DNA of 64,000 bases from Malacoraja senta (Eukaryota). Position 1 is the first letter of the stretch, and every line of letters starts with the position of its first letter. The stretch is from assembly GCA_038087875.1 (NCBI GenBank), contig CM075997.1, forward strand, positions 5,396,001 to 5,460,000, given 5' to 3'. Under the pieces are notes generated by a model. The model was not told the origin of the DNA. It made no database searches and was given only the letters and a program-made list of their open reading frames with translations. This document shows, one piece after another, positions 62,519 to 64,000 of this stretch. Both the position numbers and the translations under genes were made by a program.

Positions 62519-62743
62519 CCCCCTCTCTCTCCCTTTCCCTCTCTTTCCCTCTCTTTCCCTCTTTCCCTCCCTCCCTCCCTCTCCCCTCTCCCGCCCCCAC
62601 CCACTCTCTCTTTCTCTCTCTCTCTCTTCCCCCCCTCTCTCTCTCTTTCCCTCTCTTTCCCTCTCTCTCTCTTTCCCTCTTTCCCTCTCTCCCTCCCTCC
62701 CTCTCCCCCTCTCCCGCCCCCACCCTCTCTCTCTCTCTCTCTC
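62124..62743. repeat. ~620-bp (CT)n/CTTTCC polypyrimidine microsatellite
   Basis: Directly visible. Confidence 0.97.
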
Positions 62744-62877
62744 TCCACAGATGCAGCCTGACCTGAGCATTTCCTGCATTTTCACCTTTTGTTTCAGGAA
62801 TGGATTGCTAAATGACAAATGCATTGTCCATACAGTGCAGGAGCAGGCAAAGAGCTTAGATGTGGCACAATACATAA

Positions 62878-63011
62878 GGTGTAGGAAGGAACTGCAGATG
62901 CTGGTTTAAACCGAAGATAGACACAAAAAGCTGGAGTAACTCAGTGGGACAGGCAGCATCTCTGGAGAGAAGGAATGGGTGGCGTTTCGGGTCAAGACCC
63001 TTTTTCAGACT
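62878..63011 (-). mobile_element. Penelope-derived terminal repeat
   Basis: GTAGGAAGGAACTGCAGATGCTGG...CGTTTCGGGTCAAGACCC. Confidence 0.75.
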
Positions 63012-63769
63012 CATAATCAGATCCATAATTCCTTGTATGTTTTTACATACTTGGCTATTAAATTAATTACAATTACAAATTCATTATTAAAAAATAATTC
63101 TTCAGCTCCGTAAGGTAGTTTTTTGAGACAATGTGTATTTTGGGCCCACCATGTTTGTTGCTTTCCCTAATGGCAATTTAAACTAATTCCACCTGTCAAT
63201 ACATGATCGTATATCCTTCCATTCCCTACGTGTTCATGTGTCTAATTCCCTCTTCAAGATTGCCATTGTCCACCACTTCCCCTGGTAACACATTGCTCTC
63301 TCTCTGTATAAATACTCCTCTTGTAAATCTCCTTTCAACTTTTCTCCTCTCACCTCAAACCCAAGCCCTCTAGTATTTCATACGATAAAAAAGACTCCGG
63401 CTCTCTACCCCCTCTATGCCTCTCATGATTTTATATGCTTCTATCAGGTTCATAGGTTGAGAAGTCATGGAGCAGAATTAGGCCATTCGGCCCATCAAGT
63501 CTACTCCGCCATTTAATCATGGCTGATCTATCTTTCCCTCAACCCCATTCTCCTGCCTTCTCCCCATAACCCCCGACACCCGTACTAATCGAGAATCTAT
63601 CTACCTCTGCCTTAAAAATATCCATTGACATGGCATCCACAGCCTGTTTCCACGCTGTATCTGTAAATAAAATATCTTCAGACATTCTTCAGCATCTGAA
63701 GAAGGCTCCGACTTCTACAGGCGTACGGTGGAAAGCATCATGGTCTGGTTCAGTAATAGAACTGTGCTG

Positions 63770-63987
63770 AAGACAGACACAAACATCTAGAGAAACTCAG
63801 CGGGACAGGCAGCATCTCACGAGAGAAATAATGGGTGACGTTTCGGGTCAAGACCCTTCTTCAGACGTCTCGACCCGAAACGTCACCCATTCCTTCTCTC
63901 CAGAGATGCTGCCTGTCCCACTGAGTTACTCCAGCTTTTTGTGTCTATCTTCGGGTTAAACCAACATCTGCAGTTCCTTCCTACACA
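63770..63987. mobile_element. Palindromic Penelope-derived element
   Basis: Inverted arms around CTTCAGACGTCTCGACCCGAAACGTC. Confidence 0.75.
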
Positions 63988-64000
63988 TTCAACTCTGCTG

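Noticed and set aside
62036..62875. Long Glu/Arg-rich and Ser/Leu-rich ORFs (165-279 aa)
   Set aside because: Translations of the (CT)n microsatellite

Overview
Repeat-dense vertebrate non-coding (intronic or intergenic) DNA. The repeat complement (HE1/V-SINE-type tRNA SINEs with CR1-like tails, many CR1 fragments, Penelope-derived elements) suggests a cartilaginous fish such as a skate or ray; this is inference. No host gene could be confidently identified and only weak exon candidates were seen. Nearly all ORFs in the track are decayed retroelement pieces, microsatellite artefacts or span the 200-N gap. Main findings: (1) a ~150-bp TSD-flanked non-autonomous retroelement in 2 copies (20934-21081 +, 36901-37055 -) whose first 54 nt fold as a minimal HDV/CPEB3-type ribozyme and whose tail resembles Vingi/Ingi LINE 3' ends also present in the window; (2) a structurally complete but coding-decayed DIRS tyrosine-recombinase retrotransposon (29412-34237) with an intact internal complementary region, plus a truncated second DIRS; (3) many palindromic Penelope-derived elements carrying hammerhead-core motifs; (4) Harbinger-like and hAT MITEs, a solo LTR, a local duplication and an RFX X-box motif repeatedly attached to LINE tails. 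All coordinates were read by eye; boundaries of decayed elements are approximate.
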